From Balanoglossus misakiensis (lineage: Eukaryota; Animalia; Hemichordata), in NCBI GenBank assembly GCA_040954595.2, contig CM082583.2, forward strand, positions 2,489,060-2,553,059: a stretch of DNA of 64,000 nucleotides, given 5' to 3'. The position numbers were made by a program, and so were the translations under genes. Below are positions 1 to 64,000 of this stretch, piece by piece (position 1 is the stretch's first letter; each line of letters opens with the position of its first letter). The notes beneath the pieces were generated by a model, which saw only the letters and a list, made by a program, of their open reading frames with translations, ran no database searches and was not told where the DNA came from.

Positions 1-104
1 CACACGCGAAAAAAGAGCGCCACCATATGTTCTTAAGAACACTCAGATACACCATTTCAGCCATATATGGACGTATGTAAATTAGAGGCGACCGTGTACC
101 TTTA
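1..104. mobile_element. Right end of a small Kolobok-like MITE (family shared with ~58510-58674 and 63115-63291), truncated by the window edge
   Basis: CCATATATGGACGTATGTAAATTAGAGGCGACCGTGTACCTTTAA is a near reverse complement of the terminus TTAAAGGTATACGGTCACCTCTAATTTACATACGCCCATATATGG at 63111-63155; ends in CCT+TTAA. Confidence 0.65.
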
Positions 105-237
105 ACTTGATAAAGATTTAAATTAAAAACAACGGCTTACCACCACACAAACAATGTCAACGACATCTAATGCGAGAACCAGGGATTGATAATTGCCCCT
201 TTAATTAACATTTAATATCCAAAAAGAGGAAAGTTAA

Positions 238-847
238 AGGGGAAATCCGTCGTAGCTGATTTCTACATAATTTGGTAGCTTTGATGTCACTCTTTCAGAA
301 AAAAACATATTCGCCATGTATAGGTCGCGCGATTTTTTACAAAATCTAGGGAAAGTTGGCAATATGGCGTTTACTGTAATTTGAATCATGGGAAAAAAAG
401 CGCCAGGACCAACTTCCGCCCACCATGGTGTGGGTGATACCATTCTCCGATAGGTGTCACTGGGCGACAGACTAGGCGTATTTTCATAGCTATTGTTTGT
501 TCTTTGCATCAGTTTATAAACAATCATCAGCAAAGTCGAAAATTTGTCATCTATTGACAGTTTTCATGAGCTATAACCCATGGAAAATATGCAAATACGC
601 TTAGCTTGTGACGCAGTGACACCAATCGGAAAATGGTATCACCCACACTAAGGTGGGCGGAAGTTGGTCCTGGCGCTTTTTTTCCCATGATTCAAATTAC
701 AGTAAACGCCATATTGGAAATTCTGCCAACTTTCCCTAGATTTTGTAAAAAATCGCGCGACCTATACATGGCGAATATGTTTTTTTCTGAAAGAGTGACA
801 TCAAAGCTACCAAATTATGTAGAAATCAGCTACGACGGATTTCCCCT
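238..847. mobile_element. Foldback MITE, Kolobok-like (AGGGG...CCCCT termini, TTAA target site duplication)
   Basis: TTAA at 234-237 and 848-851 flanks long near-perfect inverted arms of over 200 bp; the mirror-image ORFs 234-533(-) and 633-851(+) are a by-product of the inversion. Confidence 0.8.
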
Positions 848-1001
848 TTAAACCTGAGTAAACGGTCTTCTAAATGAATTATTTTTCATTTACTAATTTA
901 TTTTCAAGTAAATTGTTATAGACAGGGAAAATCAAGTGTGATATTCTTTAATCAAGGTAATCCAGTGAAGATTGTGCCATCAAATTCAAAACAAACCATA
1001 C

Positions 1002-32222
<31,221 letters not shown>

Positions 32223-33058
32223 GGCTCCCGTCACTCTTACCTGTTGAAATATCAAATATCAAATTAGTGATTCTGCTTGATTCATTTTGGACGTGGACAA
32301 TCCCCAGTTTCGTTTAGAAATTATCATACGAACATTAACAATTATGGACAAGTTCGTTTCTTGACACTATACTTCACATTTGCTTTCAATTTATTTCAAG
32401 TATGAATGACTGCTCGATTGAGTAGTGTCAATCCATCTTTCATGAACGCGCTCTTCATTTCAAGCAGAGACATGTGTGGACTGATTAATTCACGAAACAC
32501 AAACACGCACGTTCGCAATTCCAAAAAATCTCGAGTGTAGCAATTCGGCGTAGGTCAATGTGGTACGCACAATAATCTGGAATCCAACTTATTATTTGGC
32601 TTCAAATATACCCTACCAACTGGTGAACTCCAGTGTCTGACGAAATGTAACGACTATGCGTTGGTGTTTTTATCGTCACAGATACACATGAGTAATTCTA
32701 TCGAATGACTAAAGTGTACTGTTGTATACACACAGTCTTATTCGACAAAGTGAAGAAAACTAAAAACGAGAACGGTCTTCCATATGTGCATGGAGGTTCA
32801 CATATATTTTGTGTTAGATTACGACTGTCAAAATTCGAAAATATCAAAAAATGTTTCTACAAAAGTATATCAAACCGCAGTGGTCGTGAAAATCACCTAC
32901 CTCTCAGAGAGTCCGGTCCACCTCCACTAAACAAGTTGCGTGTGGGCATGCTTGATACCTCATTAATATTCCATTGATGTCAGAAACGAAGACTTGACCA
33001 GTCCACTCTGTGACAGGTCTATGTAGCTTGTGCATGCACAGCAAGTTGACTGCACACG
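32223..33058. promoter_or_regulatory. Putative bidirectional promoter and 5' UTR region between divergent genes A and B
   Basis: Only 836 bp separate two signal-peptide-initiating ATGs (MQSDAVYFYIGLLYILTT... on minus, MLLTVYLRVWGLLLVLFHCSFG... on plus). Transcription start sites were not located. Confidence 0.6.
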
Positions 33059-63975
<30,917 letters not shown>

Positions 63976-64000
63976 GTAACGACAAACATTACAGTTATAA

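Noticed and set aside
234-851. Two near-identical ORFs on opposite strands
   Set aside because: They are the two arms of a foldback MITE and show no protein-like features.

Overview
Intron-rich, AT-rich eukaryotic DNA with many microsatellites and MITE-type repeats; the style suggests a marine invertebrate (inference, organism not identified). Two very large, apparently secreted-protein genes sit head-to-head with start codons only 836 bp apart. Gene A (minus strand, ATG at 32222, runs off the left end) was hand-spliced into 52 phase-consistent exons (~3,190 aa in window): signal peptide, RIRR furin site, Cys-rich EMI-like and EGF-like segments, two duplicated SUEL/rhamnose-binding lectin exons, a long array of FN3-like repeats and a DUF642/galactose-binding-like domain. 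Three of its introns appear to use GC donors. Gene B (plus strand, ATG at 33059, runs off the right end) was spliced into 28 phase-consistent exons (~1,480 aa in window): signal peptide, vitellogenin/large-lipid-transfer (LLT)-like N-terminus, a helical apolipoprotein-like region, a LECT2/M23-like domain lacking key His residues, a SAP/LEM-like motif and several furin sites. Introns hold a ~7.6 kb tandem concatemer of a Helentron/HINE-like element, Kolobok-like (TTAA) and PIF/Harbinger-like (TWA) MITEs, a degenerate LINE endonuclease, a ~170-bp satellite and two inverted repeats with hammerhead-ribozyme-like motifs. All domain calls are by eye, not by database search.
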